Shown here: in pieces, positions 52,062-61,745 of the stretch | Layout: every line of letters starts with the position of its first letter | Numbering within the stretch: position 1 is the stretch's first letter | Assembly (NCBI GenBank): GCA_017540905.1 | Contig: JAFYAC010000029.1 | Location: forward strand, 14,171 to 78,170 | Source of the DNA: Kiritimatiellia bacterium | GTDB taxonomy: Bacteria; Verrucomicrobiota; Kiritimatiellia; CAIQIC01; Lenti-01 | DNA: 64,000 nt | Reading direction: 5' to 3' | The notes under the pieces: model-generated | Told to the model about the DNA's origin: nothing | Seen by the model: the letters and a program-made list of their open reading frames with translations, nothing else | Databases searched by the model: none | Made by a program: the position numbers and the translations under genes

Positions 52062-53629
52062 ACTTGAGCTGCTGCTGCTCCACCCATTCCCCCGCGCTGG
52101 CCGTGGCCTTGCCGCTGCTGGGCGCGATGCTCGTGATGCTGATCCCCGCGGAGCGCCGTCCCCAGCTGCGCGGCATCGTCTTCTTCCTCGCGGCGGCGCT
52201 GGGCGCCTTCGCGGCCATCTCCGCCGCAGGATGGGCCCTTGCGCTCGGCTCGTGCGACTACGTCTTCGGCGCCGGCCCCGCCTTTGGTCTGCCGGAAGGC
52301 GCCCTCGGGCGGGGCGCCGCGGGGGCTGTGCCCATCCGCATCGTCTTCCACATCGACGCCGCGGGCGCGCTGATGCTGCTCATCGCCGCCGTCACCTCCA
52401 CGGCCGCCGCCCTCTACGCCCTGCGTAGCGAAGAAGGCACGACCGCCCTGCCCGCCTTCCAGCCCCTCTACCTGCTGCTCGTCGCGGGCGTGTACGGGAT
52501 GGTGGCGACGGGCGACGCCTTCAACTTCTTCGTCTTCCTCGAAATCACGTCCCTCGCGGGCGCCGCCCTCGCCGCGTGCCGCATCGACCGCGGGTTCGCC
52601 GCCGAAGCCGGCCTCAAGTACGCCGCCATCAGCTCCCTCGGCGGCCTCTCCTACCTCGCCGGCGTCGGCCTCCTCCTCGCCCGCCACGACCTCCTCAACA
52701 TCGCCGCCCTCTCCCAGGCCATCCAGGGCGGCGGCCCGTCCGCCACCGACTACGCCGCGCTCGGCCTCATGGCCCTGCCGCTGGCCATGAAGGCCGGCAC
52801 CGTCCCCATGCACCAGTGGACGCCCGACACCTACTCCCGCGCCCCGCACCCCGTCTCCGCCTTCCTGCTCATTTCCAGCCAGGCCAGCCTCTTCGGGCTC
52901 TTCCGCGTCGCGTTCACCCTCTTCGGCGCGCCCGTCGTGGGCGCCACCTCCCTCGGCGCCTTCCTCGCCGTGCTGGCGGCCCTCTCCATGTTCGTCGGCG
53001 TCACGATGGCCATCCCCCAGCACGACGTCAAGCGCCTGATTTCCCACCACGCCGTCTCCCAGACCGGCTACATGCTGCTCGGCGCCTCCGTCGCCCTGGC
53101 CGTGCTGGGCGACGCCGAAAAGACGGCGGCCTTCGGCCGCGACGCCCTCGCCGGCTCCCTCTTCCACATGATGAACTACGCCATCTACAACGGCCTGCTG
53201 TTCCTCGCGGCGGGGGCGGTCGTGTGGCGTACCGGCAAACGCAACCTCGACGACATGGGCGGACTGGGCCGCGCCATGCCGGTGACCATGCTGTGCTTCG
53301 GCATCGGCGCCCTGGCCATCGCGGGCATCCCGCCGATGAGCGGCTTCGCCTCCAAGTGGGTCCTCTACGAATCCGTCTTCCGCTACAGCCCCCTCCTGGC
53401 GATCGTCGCGATGGTGGTGAGCCTTCTCACCCTGGCCAGCTTCGTCAAAGTCTTCCAGGCCATGTTCCTCGGCCCCGCCCGCAAGCACCTGGCGGAGGTC
53501 AAGGAAGTCCCCCTGGCGATGGCCTTCCCGATGCTCCTGCTGGCCCTGGCCACCATCGCCATCGGCCTCTTCCCCGATGTCGTGATGCAGCGGCTCCTGC
53601 TCCCCGCGGCGGACGCGCTGCTGAAGTAA
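52058..53629 (+). CDS. mnhD: antiporter subunit D (MrpD/MnhD, NuoM/N-like proton-conducting subunit)
   Basis: ATGA overlap at 52058. Same frame as ORF 51770..53629. KAGTVPMHQWTPDTYSRAPHPVSAFL ... YMLLG. Confidence 0.85.
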   Translation: MNLSCCCSTHSPALAVALPLLGAMLVMLIPAERRPQLRGIVFFLAAALGAFAAISAAGWALALGSCDYVFGAGPAFGLPEGALGRGAAGAVPIRIVFHIDAAGALMLLIAAVTSTAAALYALRSEEGTTALPAFQPLYLLLVAGVYGMVATGDAFNFFVFLEITSLAGAALAACRIDRGFAAEAGLKYAAISSLGGLSYLAGVGLLLARHDLLNIAALSQAIQGGGPSATDYAALGLMALPLAMKAGTVPMHQWTPDTYSRAPHPVSAFLLISSQASLFGLFRVAFTLFGAPVVGATSLGAFLAVLAALSMFVGVTMAIPQHDVKRLISHHAVSQTGYMLLGASVALAVLGDAEKTAAFGRDALAGSLFHMMNYAIYNGLLFLAAGAVVWRTGKRNLDDMGGLGRAMPVTMLCFGIGALAIAGIPPMSGFASKWVLYESVFRYSPLLAIVAMVVSLLTLASFVKVFQAMFLGPARKHLAEVKEVPLAMAFPMLLLALATIAIGLFPDVVMQRLLLPAADALLK

Positions 53630-53650
53630 GGGGGCGGCCTGACGGCCGCC

Positions 53651-53698
53651 CAATCGACTGCAATCGAGAGCAGTCTATTGCAATCGATTGCAGTCGAA
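53651..53698. repeat. family P2 palindrome array (TGCAATCGA units)
   Basis: CAATCGACTGCAATCGAGAGCAGTCTATTGCAATCGATTGCAGTCGAA. Confidence 0.75.
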
Positions 53699-53816
53699 TT
53701 TGCCCGCTCCAGATCTCAGAAGTGCCTCCCTCCCCGTGGAGAGCGCACCGGATTGCGCTTCCGCGCGACCTTGTGCCCCCCCTTTCCGCTTGAGTTTGCC
53801 CCCCGCCCGTTGTTAG

Positions 53817-55580
53817 ATGGATGGCATGAAGTCCTTCCCCCGCATCCCCCACCCCGCCCTGGCCGGCTTTCTGGCGCTGTTGGCGCTTGCCGCGGCGGCC
53901 CTCCCACGCGGCGCGCGCGCCGGCGGCGGCCCCTACAACACGCTTCTCGTCGTCAACGCCGTCAGCCGCGACTCCCGCCAGCTCGGCGCCCACTACGCCA
54001 AGGCCCACGGCCTCCCCGAAGCCAACGTCTGCATGATCCACACCGACCCGCACAAGCCGAGCGTTTCGGTGGACGATTTCGAAATCACCATCCTCCGCCC
54101 CATCCTCGACCACATCGCGCGCGAAGGCCTGGCCCAGCAAATCCACTTCCTGGTCCTGAGCATGGACATCCCCACGCGCGTCAACTACTTCAACAGCGTC
54201 CCCGCCGCCCTCTTCTACGGCTACAAGCCCAAGCCCCCCGACGCACCGACCTGCTTCATCGTCCCCGACTCGGTCAACCAGTACTACGCCTCCGAGCGCG
54301 CCTACACCTCCACCGCCGGCTGGAACCGCACCAACATGCCCATCGTCTTCGCCCTCACGGCCCCCGACCTCAAGACCGGCAAGGCCGTCGTCGACCGCGC
54401 CGTCGCCTCCGTCGCCGACCCGCCGCCCGCCGACGCCGCATTCTGCCTGCACGGCTCCGGCGACGCCGCCCGCAACGTCCGCCACCGCACCTACGCCCGC
54501 GCCGCCATGCCTTTCGCCTGGTGCGGCGCCGCCGGCGCGCCCGACGTGCGCCCCACCTCCACGGCCGTCCCGTCCCGCCCCGTCGCCCTCTACATGGGCG
54601 GCTTCGCCTACATCCCCACCAACTTCCCCGGCAACATCCGCTTCGCCCCGGGCGCCATCGCCGACCACCTGACGAGCTGCGGCGGCATGCTCCCCGAGCC
54701 CTGCCTCAAGCAGAGCACCGTCTGGGACTGGTTCCGCCTGGGCGCCACCGCCTCCTACGGCACCGTCTGCGAACCCTGCGCCTACGAGGCCAAGTTCCCC
54801 GACCCGATGCTCGCCTTCTGGTACTGGCGCGGCTTCACCGCGGGCGAAGCCCTGGCCATGTCCGTGAAGAACCCCTACCATGGGCTCTTTGCCGGCGACC
54901 CGCTCGCGGCCCCCTTCGCGCGGCCGCCCTCCGTCGAAATCCTCTCCCCGGCCCCCGGACACCGGACCGACGGCCCCGTCGAGCTATCCATCTCCATGGA
55001 AGCCCATCCCGACGACGGCGCCCCGCCCGTCTACCTCGACCTCTACATCGACGGCAAGTTCGTCCGCCCCGTCGTCCGCCCCCTGGCGCCCACCGGCAAC
55101 GACCTCGTCGTCCAGGTCGGCGGCGAAACCTTCAGCTACACCATCGCCCCCGACGAGGATCTCTACCGTGCCGCGGCCGGCCTGGCCTGGGCCGTCAACA
55201 GCCGCGGCCTCGGGCGCGTGAAGGCCCGCGCCGTCTCCGACCGCGTCGAACTGACCGTCCGCGACCCGCTCGACCCCGGCAGCGGCGCCCCCCTTCCCGT
55301 CTCGGTTTCCGCCGAACGCGGCTTCGCGAAGGATTTGTACATCGGCCTCCGCGCCGGCACCCCCGATCTGGTCGTCGACGAAACCACCGGCGAAGGCCGC
55401 GCCTGCCTTTTCCTCCACCTCGGCCGCGCCGGAAGCTACGCCTTCGCCTATCCCCTCGACCTCTCCGCCCTGCCCCCCGGCCCCCACACCATCGGACTGG
55501 TCGTCCGCGACGGCACCGCCGTGCAGGCGCAGTCCCAGACCGAACTCCCCGTCGAAATCGTCGCGAAAGACCTCCCCTGA
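53817..55580 (+). CDS. secreted protein, TIGR03790-like family (call from memory of the family signature)
   Basis: The signal peptide is FLALLALAAAALPRGARA. It is followed by LLVVNAVSRDSRQLGAHYAKAHGLPEANVCMIH, which resembles the TIGR03790 N-terminal signature. Confidence 0.65.
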   Translation: MDGMKSFPRIPHPALAGFLALLALAAAALPRGARAGGGPYNTLLVVNAVSRDSRQLGAHYAKAHGLPEANVCMIHTDPHKPSVSVDDFEITILRPILDHIAREGLAQQIHFLVLSMDIPTRVNYFNSVPAALFYGYKPKPPDAPTCFIVPDSVNQYYASERAYTSTAGWNRTNMPIVFALTAPDLKTGKAVVDRAVASVADPPPADAAFCLHGSGDAARNVRHRTYARAAMPFAWCGAAGAPDVRPTSTAVPSRPVALYMGGFAYIPTNFPGNIRFAPGAIADHLTSCGGMLPEPCLKQSTVWDWFRLGATASYGTVCEPCAYEAKFPDPMLAFWYWRGFTAGEALAMSVKNPYHGLFAGDPLAAPFARPPSVEILSPAPGHRTDGPVELSISMEAHPDDGAPPVYLDLYIDGKFVRPVVRPLAPTGNDLVVQVGGETFSYTIAPDEDLYRAAAGLAWAVNSRGLGRVKARAVSDRVELTVRDPLDPGSGAPLPVSVSAERGFAKDLYIGLRAGTPDLVVDETTGEGRACLFLHLGRAGSYAFAYPLDLSALPPGPHTIGLVVRDGTAVQAQSQTELPVEIVAKDLP

Positions 55581-55701
55581 CACGGCCTTTCCCGGCCGTT
55601 TCCCTTCCCCGGGACGGGGCGCACCTCCTTTTTTCCGCCTTTCCGGCTGAACCCTTCCGGGGTCCCTGTCGCTCATATCCCGGAAAACCCAAGGAGTCTT
55701 C

Positions 55702-56781
55702 ATGCACCCGAAACACACCGCCTCCGGCTTCACCCTCATCGAGCTGATCATCGTCGTCGCCATCCTCGGCTTCGTCGCGATGCTCGGCCTGCGCGGCTAC
55801 GCGAACCTCCGCGAGACCCAGGCCCGCAAGGTCAACGTCTCCAACATCAAGCGCCTCGCCCACTCCCTGGCCACCTACGAAACCATCCACCGGGAGCAGG
55901 GCACCTCCGGCTTCTTCAACGATTTCGACTCCCTCGTCGACGTCGCCGCCTCCGGCGCCTGGACCGGCACGCAGGGCTCCATCGACTGGGGGACCGTCTC
56001 CGGCGGCTCCGTCGACGCCCGCACGGTCCACGGCGGCCTTGGCATCTACGACGGCTCCTGGAAGGTCCTCGGCCCCCTCTACAACGCCGCCGGCGAAGGC
56101 TCCGGCACCACGGCGACGCTCGACGAAGCCATGGACGCCAACCGCGGCATGCGCGACACCGGCCTCTACAAGTCCCTCGGCATCTACTACCTCTCCACCA
56201 ACGACGTCGTCCTCCTCCGCAACGCCGGCGTCACGCAGCTCCTCATGCACAACCCCTCCACCCAGCAGGCCTACGGCACCCGCCGCAACGGCTACTGCAC
56301 CGCGATGGACGACAACGGCTTCACCCCCGAGGGGCTCAAGACCCCCGGCGGCGGCGGCCCCGGCTTCCGCCCCGACATGAGCGCATTCTACCCCGTCCGC
56401 GTCACCAACGGCGTCCCCGTCGCGGTCATCCGCCCCAATTCCACCATCTACAACGACCTCGGCTACCAGCACGTTTTCACCAACAGTTCCCCTTCCGCCG
56501 CCGAACTCACCGCCGCCGTCTCCGGCAACACGACCAAGCTCCTCGCCTTCGGCATCGGCCTGAACGCCGAATGCGTGAAGAACCGGATCGGCCTCGGCGA
56601 CTCCCCCGCCAACCCCGTCTTCGACAAGAAGAACTACCGCCCCTACATCGCCGTCTTCGCCCTCACCTCACGCGGCCAGGGCACCCCCTCCACCTGCCAC
56701 CTCGCGGGCGTCCTCGACTGCGTCGGCAACACCGCCCGCGCCGCCGACTACGCCTCCAACTGGACCACCTCCCTCGATTGA
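55702..56781 (+). CDS. prepilin-type N-terminal cleavage/methylation domain protein (pseudopilin-like)
   Basis: SGFTLIELIIVVAILGFVAMLG at the N-terminus. Confidence 0.8.
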   Translation: MHPKHTASGFTLIELIIVVAILGFVAMLGLRGYANLRETQARKVNVSNIKRLAHSLATYETIHREQGTSGFFNDFDSLVDVAASGAWTGTQGSIDWGTVSGGSVDARTVHGGLGIYDGSWKVLGPLYNAAGEGSGTTATLDEAMDANRGMRDTGLYKSLGIYYLSTNDVVLLRNAGVTQLLMHNPSTQQAYGTRRNGYCTAMDDNGFTPEGLKTPGGGGPGFRPDMSAFYPVRVTNGVPVAVIRPNSTIYNDLGYQHVFTNSSPSAAELTAAVSGNTTKLLAFGIGLNAECVKNRIGLGDSPANPVFDKKNYRPYIAVFALTSRGQGTPSTCHLAGVLDCVGNTARAADYASNWTTSLD

Positions 56782-56824
56782 CCGCTTCTCCCCCCCCCCG
56801 CTCCCCACAGCATCCGCGTCTGGC

Positions 56825-56877
56825 CGGGCCCGCACCGTCGGGCCCGTTCCCCGTCCCCCTTTTTTTCCCCCCCCACT
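56825..56877 (+). terminator. possible terminator hairpin
   Basis: CGGGCCCG-caccgt-CGGGCCCG, with a T7 run beginning 14 nt downstream. Confidence 0.3.
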
Positions 56878-56921
56878 TCCCGCCTTGCACCGCCCCCCTC
56901 CCCGCCCTATACTCCGCCCCC

Positions 56922-58325
56922 ATGAACTCCATCCGATACATCTCCACCCGCGGAAACCAAGCCCCCCTCTCCTTCAAGGACGCCGTGATGACCGGCCTCG
57001 CCCGCGACGGCGGCCTTCTCATCCCCGACCGCATCCCCGACGTCTCCTCCGAACTCGACGCCTGGCGCAACCTCGACTACCCCGACCTCGCCTTCCGCAT
57101 CATCTCCCTCTTCGCCGATGACATCCCCGCCGAGCGCCTCCGCGCCCTCGTCGACAGCGCCTACGCCTCCTTCGACACCACCGAAGTCGCGCCCGTCCTG
57201 CGCGTCGGCCCCGTCCACATCCTGGAGCTCTTCCACGGACCGACCCTCGCCTTCAAGGACGTCGCCCTCCAGTTCCTCGGCCGCCTCTTTGAGTACATCC
57301 TGGCCGAGCGCGACGGCCGCCTGAACATCCTGGCGGCGACGAGCGGCGACACCGGCAGCGCGGCCATCTGCGGCGTGCGCGGGCAGCAGCGCGTCAACAT
57401 CTTCGTGATGCACCCCCACGGCCGCGTCAGCCCGCTCCAGGAAAAGCAGATGACGTCCGTCCTCGACTCCAACGTCTTCAACCTGGCCGTCGAAGGCTCG
57501 TTCGACGACTGCCAGTCCATCATGAAGACCCTCTTCAACGACCTCCCCTTCAAGGACGCCTACTCCCTCGGCACCGTCAACTCCGTCAACTGGGCGCGCG
57601 TCCTCTCGCAGATCGTCTACTACTTCTGGGCCGCCTTCCGCGTCCAGGACGAAACCAACGCCACCCACGTCCAGTTCACCGTCCCGACCGGCAACTTCGG
57701 CGACATCCTGGCCGGCTGGTACGCCAAGCGCATGGGCCTGCCCGTCCGCCGCCTCGTCCTGGCGACCAACGAGAACGACATCCTCGCCCGCTTCTTCCAC
57801 ACCGGCATCTACTCCCGCGGCACCGTCGTCCCGACCGTGAACCCGTCGATGGACATCCAGGTGGCGAGCAACTTCGAGCGCTGGCTCTACTACAAGCTCG
57901 GCTCCGACCCCGCCGCGACGGCTTCCAAGATGGCCGAGTTCCGCAAGAACAACCGCATGGCCATCCCCCTCTCCCGCAACGGAACGGTCGATGCCGAAAT
58001 CGTCGCCGGCACCTCCGACACGACCCGCACCCTCGCGACCATCCGCGACTACCACACCAAGCACCGTTACCTCCTCGACCCCCACACCGCCGCCGGCGTC
58101 TTCGTGGCCTCCCAGTACAACGAGCTCGAAGACCCGATGATCTGCCTGGCGACCGCCCACCCCGCGAAATTCGCGAAAGCGATCCACGACGCCACCGGCG
58201 AAGACGACCTCGCCCACCACCCCATCCTCGACGCCCTCGCCGACGCCCCGACCCGCTGCGACGTCGTCCCCGCCGACCCCTCCGCCGTAAAAACCTACCT
58301 CTCCGCCCGCGCCCTCCCCGCCTGA
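56922..58325 (+). CDS. thrC: threonine synthase
   Basis: ATG at 56922 within ORF 56571..58325. YISTRGNQAPLSFKDAVMTGLARDGGLLIP ... HGPTLAFKDVALQFLG ... ATSGDTGSAA. Confidence 0.9.
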   Translation: MNSIRYISTRGNQAPLSFKDAVMTGLARDGGLLIPDRIPDVSSELDAWRNLDYPDLAFRIISLFADDIPAERLRALVDSAYASFDTTEVAPVLRVGPVHILELFHGPTLAFKDVALQFLGRLFEYILAERDGRLNILAATSGDTGSAAICGVRGQQRVNIFVMHPHGRVSPLQEKQMTSVLDSNVFNLAVEGSFDDCQSIMKTLFNDLPFKDAYSLGTVNSVNWARVLSQIVYYFWAAFRVQDETNATHVQFTVPTGNFGDILAGWYAKRMGLPVRRLVLATNENDILARFFHTGIYSRGTVVPTVNPSMDIQVASNFERWLYYKLGSDPAATASKMAEFRKNNRMAIPLSRNGTVDAEIVAGTSDTTRTLATIRDYHTKHRYLLDPHTAAGVFVASQYNELEDPMICLATAHPAKFAKAIHDATGEDDLAHHPILDALADAPTRCDVVPADPSAVKTYLSARALPA

Positions 58326-58366
58326 CCGCCCCCACGCCCCCTCTCTCCCCCTTCCCCCCTCCGCGC

Positions 58367-59209
58367 CTATGTGTTCTGCTCCCGCCCGCTCTGCCGGGCG
58401 CCCCCCCCACCCCGCCGCCGCAGCGCCCCCGCCACATCCGGCACCGCCGACAGCAACTCCCTCGTGTAGGGGTGCCGCGGCTCGAACAGCACCCGTTCCG
58501 CGGGCCCCCGCTCGACGCATTCGCCCGCCCGCATGACAAGCAGGTCGTCGGCCATCGCCCGCATCACCGCGAGGTCGTGGCCGATCAGAATCCACGTGAT
58601 GCCCCGCTCCCGTTGCAACCGCTTCATCAAGTTCAGGATGAGCGCCTGCACGCTGACGTCCAGCGCGCTGACCGGCTCGTCGGCAATCAGGAACGTCGCC
58701 CCCGCGCACAGTGACCGCGCCAAGTTCACGCGCTGGCGCTGCCCACCGCTGAGCTCGTGCGGATAGCGCGGGGCGTATTCGGCCCCGAGCCCGACCGTGC
58801 CGAGCCACTCGGCCGCCCGCTCCGCGGCCTCCCGCCGCCCCTTGGCCCGGCCATGCACGCGCAGCACTTCGCCAATCGCGTCGCCGACGCGCATGCGCGG
58901 GTTGAGCGAGCCGAGCGGATCCTGAAAAACCATCTGCGCGCTGCGCCGGAAGGCGGCCCTCGCCCGCCGGTCCATCGATAGCACATCCTCGCCGCGGAAC
59001 CACACCCGCCCGCTGGCGGCCTCCGGCTCCAGCCCCAGCAGCGCGCGGGCCAGCGAACTCTTGCCGCTGCCGCTCTCCCCGACGATTCCCAGGCAGCGCC
59101 CCTCGCGCAGCTCGAACGACACGCCCTTCACCGCCTCCGTCGTCCGCCCCACCCGCCGGTACGTCACCAGGACGTCTTCCACCCGCATCACGATGTCCGC
59201 GCCGCTCAT
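58367..59209 (-). CDS. ABC transporter ATP-binding protein (OppF/DppF/YejF-C-type)
   Basis: ATG at 59209. GESGSGKSSLARALLG ... LSGGQRQRVNLARSL ... ADEPVSALD. Confidence 0.85.
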   Translation of the reverse strand: MSGADIVMRVEDVLVTYRRVGRTTEAVKGVSFELREGRCLGIVGESGSGKSSLARALLGLEPEAASGRVWFRGEDVLSMDRRARAAFRRSAQMVFQDPLGSLNPRMRVGDAIGEVLRVHGRAKGRREAAERAAEWLGTVGLGAEYAPRYPHELSGGQRQRVNLARSLCAGATFLIADEPVSALDVSVQALILNLMKRLQRERGITWILIGHDLAVMRAMADDLLVMRAGECVERGPAERVLFEPRHPYTRELLSAVPDVAGALRRRGGGGARQSGREQNT

Positions 59210-60219
59210 CGTCCGCCTCCTCCCCGCACCCAACACGCCAGCGCGCGCCCGTCCCCGGCCTCCCGCCACTCCGGCACCCGCTCCCGGCATTCCGCCCGCG
59301 CCAGCGCGCACCGCGGATGGAACGGGCATCCCGCCGGACGCCGCCCCAGCGCAGGCACCTGCCCCGGAATGCCCTCGAGCGGCCCCGCGCCTCGCTCCAG
59401 CCGCGGCAGCGCCCGCAACAGCCCCTCCACGTACGGATGGCGCGGCGACGCCAGCATCGACACCGGCCCGCGCTCCACCGCCCGCCCCGCGTACATCACC
59501 AGCACCTCGTCCGCCACCTCCGCCACCACGCCCAGATTGTGCGTGATGAGCAGCACCGCCAGGTTTTCCTTCCGCTGCAAGTCCGCCAGCAGACGCAGCA
59601 GGCGCGCCTGCACCGTCACGTCCAGCGCCGTCGTCGGTTCGTCCGCCACCAAAATGCGCGGCCGCCCGGCGAGCGCCATCGCGAGCATCGCCCGCTGCTG
59701 CATCCCGCCCGAGAGCTGGTGCGGATACGACCGCGCCACCCGCTCCGGCTCGTGGAACCCCACCTGCTCCAGCAGCTCCGCCAGCCGTTCCCGCGACCGC
59801 CGCCGGTCCGCCCGCGGCATCGCCTCGACGATCTGCCGCCCCACCCGGAACACCGGGTCCAGGCACTGCCCCGGATCCTGGAAAACGTACGCCAGCCCGC
59901 GCCCCGCCCGCAGAATCCCCGGCGCCGCCGCGATTTTCCCACCGTCCACCGACATCCCGCGCGGCAACAACCCTCCCAGCGCCGCGGCCGTCACGCTCTT
60001 CCCGCACCCGCTCTCCCCGACCAGCGCCAGCATCCGCCCCGCGCGCAGTTCGAACGACACGTCCTCGACCACCGGCACCCGGCTCCCTCCCTCCCCGCGG
60101 TACCCCACGCACAACCCTTCCACCGACAGCACCGTCTCCCCCGCCCGCGGCGCCCCGCTGGGGAATGCGGCATCCGGCCGCGCGCCCGCCGCGCCCATCG
60201 TATTCACTTTCGCGCTCAT
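59206..60219 (-). CDS. ABC transporter ATP-binding protein (OppD/DppD/YejF-N-type)
   Basis: ATG at 60219. GESGCGKSVTAAAL ... LSGGMQQRAMLAMAL ... ADEPTTALD. The C-terminal region reads GCPFHPRC. Confidence 0.85.
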   Translation of the reverse strand: MSAKVNTMGAAGARPDAAFPSGAPRAGETVLSVEGLCVGYRGEGGSRVPVVEDVSFELRAGRMLALVGESGCGKSVTAAALGGLLPRGMSVDGGKIAAAPGILRAGRGLAYVFQDPGQCLDPVFRVGRQIVEAMPRADRRRSRERLAELLEQVGFHEPERVARSYPHQLSGGMQQRAMLAMALAGRPRILVADEPTTALDVTVQARLLRLLADLQRKENLAVLLITHNLGVVAEVADEVLVMYAGRAVERGPVSMLASPRHPYVEGLLRALPRLERGAGPLEGIPGQVPALGRRPAGCPFHPRCALARAECRERVPEWREAGDGRALACWVRGGGGR

Positions 60220-61217
60220 GCCACCTCCCCCGCACAATGGCAGGCCACGCAGTGGCCCCCGCCCGCATCCTCCAGTTCCGGCATCGTCCGGCGGCACACT
60301 TCCTTCGCCAGCGGGCACCGCGGATGGAACGGGCACCCCGGCGGCGGATTTGCCGCCGAAGGCGGCTCCCCGCGCAGCACCGCCCTCCGCCCCGCGCCGC
60401 GCACACCGCCCGGCACCGGCACCGCCGCCAGCAACGCCCGCGTGTACGGATGCAGCGGCCGCTCCACCACCTCCCCGGCCGGCCCCACCTCCGCCAGCCG
60501 ACCAAGGTACATCACCGCCATCCGGTCCGACACGTGCCGCAGCACGCTCAAATCGTGCCCGATCATCAAATAAGAAACCCCGTGCCGCGCCTTCAGGTCC
60601 TGCAAGAGGTTGATCACCTGCGCCTGGACGCTCACGTCCAGCGCGCTCGCCACCTCGTCGCACACCACCCAGTCCGGGCGCAGCGCCATCGCGCGGGCGA
60701 TGCATATCCGTTGCCGCTGCCCGCCCGAGAACTCGAACGGGTACTTCCACAGCGCTTCCGCCCCCAGCCCCACCTCTTCCAGAAGCCGCACCGCCGCATC
60801 CTCCCGCCCTTCCCCGCGCAGAAGCCCGTGCTCCGCCAGCCCCTCCGTCACCAAATCGCACACCGGCAACCGCGGATTCAGCGCCGCGAGCGGATCCTGG
60901 AAAACCATCTGGATGAGCCGCCGCTCCTCCTTCGACCTCCGCACCGCCCTCCCCGCCTCCGACAAAACCCGCTCCCCGATCCGCATCCGTCCCTCCGCCA
61001 GCCGTTCCAGCCCCACCACCGCGCGGCCCAGCGTCGTCTTTCCGCACCCCGACTCCCCGGCCAGCCCGATTGTCTCCCCGGGCGCCCATTCCAGCGACAC
61101 CCCTTCCACGGCCCGCACCGCGCCCCGCACCCGCGCCAACACCCCGCGCCGCACCGGAAACCTCACCGACACCCCCTCCACAACCAACTTCTCCCTTCCT
61201 TGTAACTCACCCACCAT
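60216..61217 (-). CDS. ABC transporter ATP-binding protein (OppF-type)
   Basis: GESGCGKTTLGRAV ... FSGGQRQRICIARAM ... CDEVASALD. The C-terminal region reads GCPFHPRCP. Confidence 0.85.
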   Translation of the reverse strand: MVGELQGREKLVVEGVSVRFPVRRGVLARVRGAVRAVEGVSLEWAPGETIGLAGESGCGKTTLGRAVVGLERLAEGRMRIGERVLSEAGRAVRRSKEERRLIQMVFQDPLAALNPRLPVCDLVTEGLAEHGLLRGEGREDAAVRLLEEVGLGAEALWKYPFEFSGGQRQRICIARAMALRPDWVVCDEVASALDVSVQAQVINLLQDLKARHGVSYLMIGHDLSVLRHVSDRMAVMYLGRLAEVGPAGEVVERPLHPYTRALLAAVPVPGGVRGAGRRAVLRGEPPSAANPPPGCPFHPRCPLAKEVCRRTMPELEDAGGGHCVACHCAGEVA

Positions 61218-61270
61218 CTCTCGTCCTATCCGTCCTACCCGTCCTATTCGTCCTATTCATCCTCCCCCCC

Positions 61271-61558
61271 TCACAACTCCAGCACATACCGCTCCCCGCC
61301 CCCTTCCGCCTCCACCCGGCGGAAACCGTTCTTCAGGTAGTACTTCACCTGCTGGCGACCCGCCCCTTCCGCCAGGAACTCCCTCACCCCGGCCTCCTTG
61401 AAGCGCATCCGGCACACCCGGTACAAAAACCGCCCCGCCTTGAAATCGCGGTATTCCGGCACCATGTAATCCGCCAGGATCACGACCGACACCCCGTACC
61501 CCACCAGCGCCTGCCAGTTTTCCGCGGCCCACGCCGCCACGTTTTTCGCAAATTCCAT
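61271..61558 (-). CDS. small hypothetical protein (95 aa), possibly GNAT-like C-terminal fragment
   Basis: ATG at 61558 within ORF 61271..62008. ...QVKYYLKNGFRRVE resembles the end of an acetyltransferase fold. This is a weak call. Confidence 0.35.
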   Translation of the reverse strand: MEFAKNVAAWAAENWQALVGYGVSVVILADYMVPEYRDFKAGRFLYRVCRMRFKEAGVREFLAEGAGRQQVKYYLKNGFRRVEAEGGGERYVLEL

Positions 61559-61745
61559 GTTCACCTTCGTTCGCCGCCGCGCGGCCATTCCATCCCTCCA
61601 GCAAACACCCCTTCCCGCCAAAAGTCCAGCCCAACCCGCCCCCTGCCGACGGCGCAGGCCGGGGTTTGGCCGCGGGCCCCGCAACCAGGGCGCGTTCCAG
61701 CCGCCCGCAAACCCGTGGTTGCCCATGCCGCCGGACTGTGCCAAA

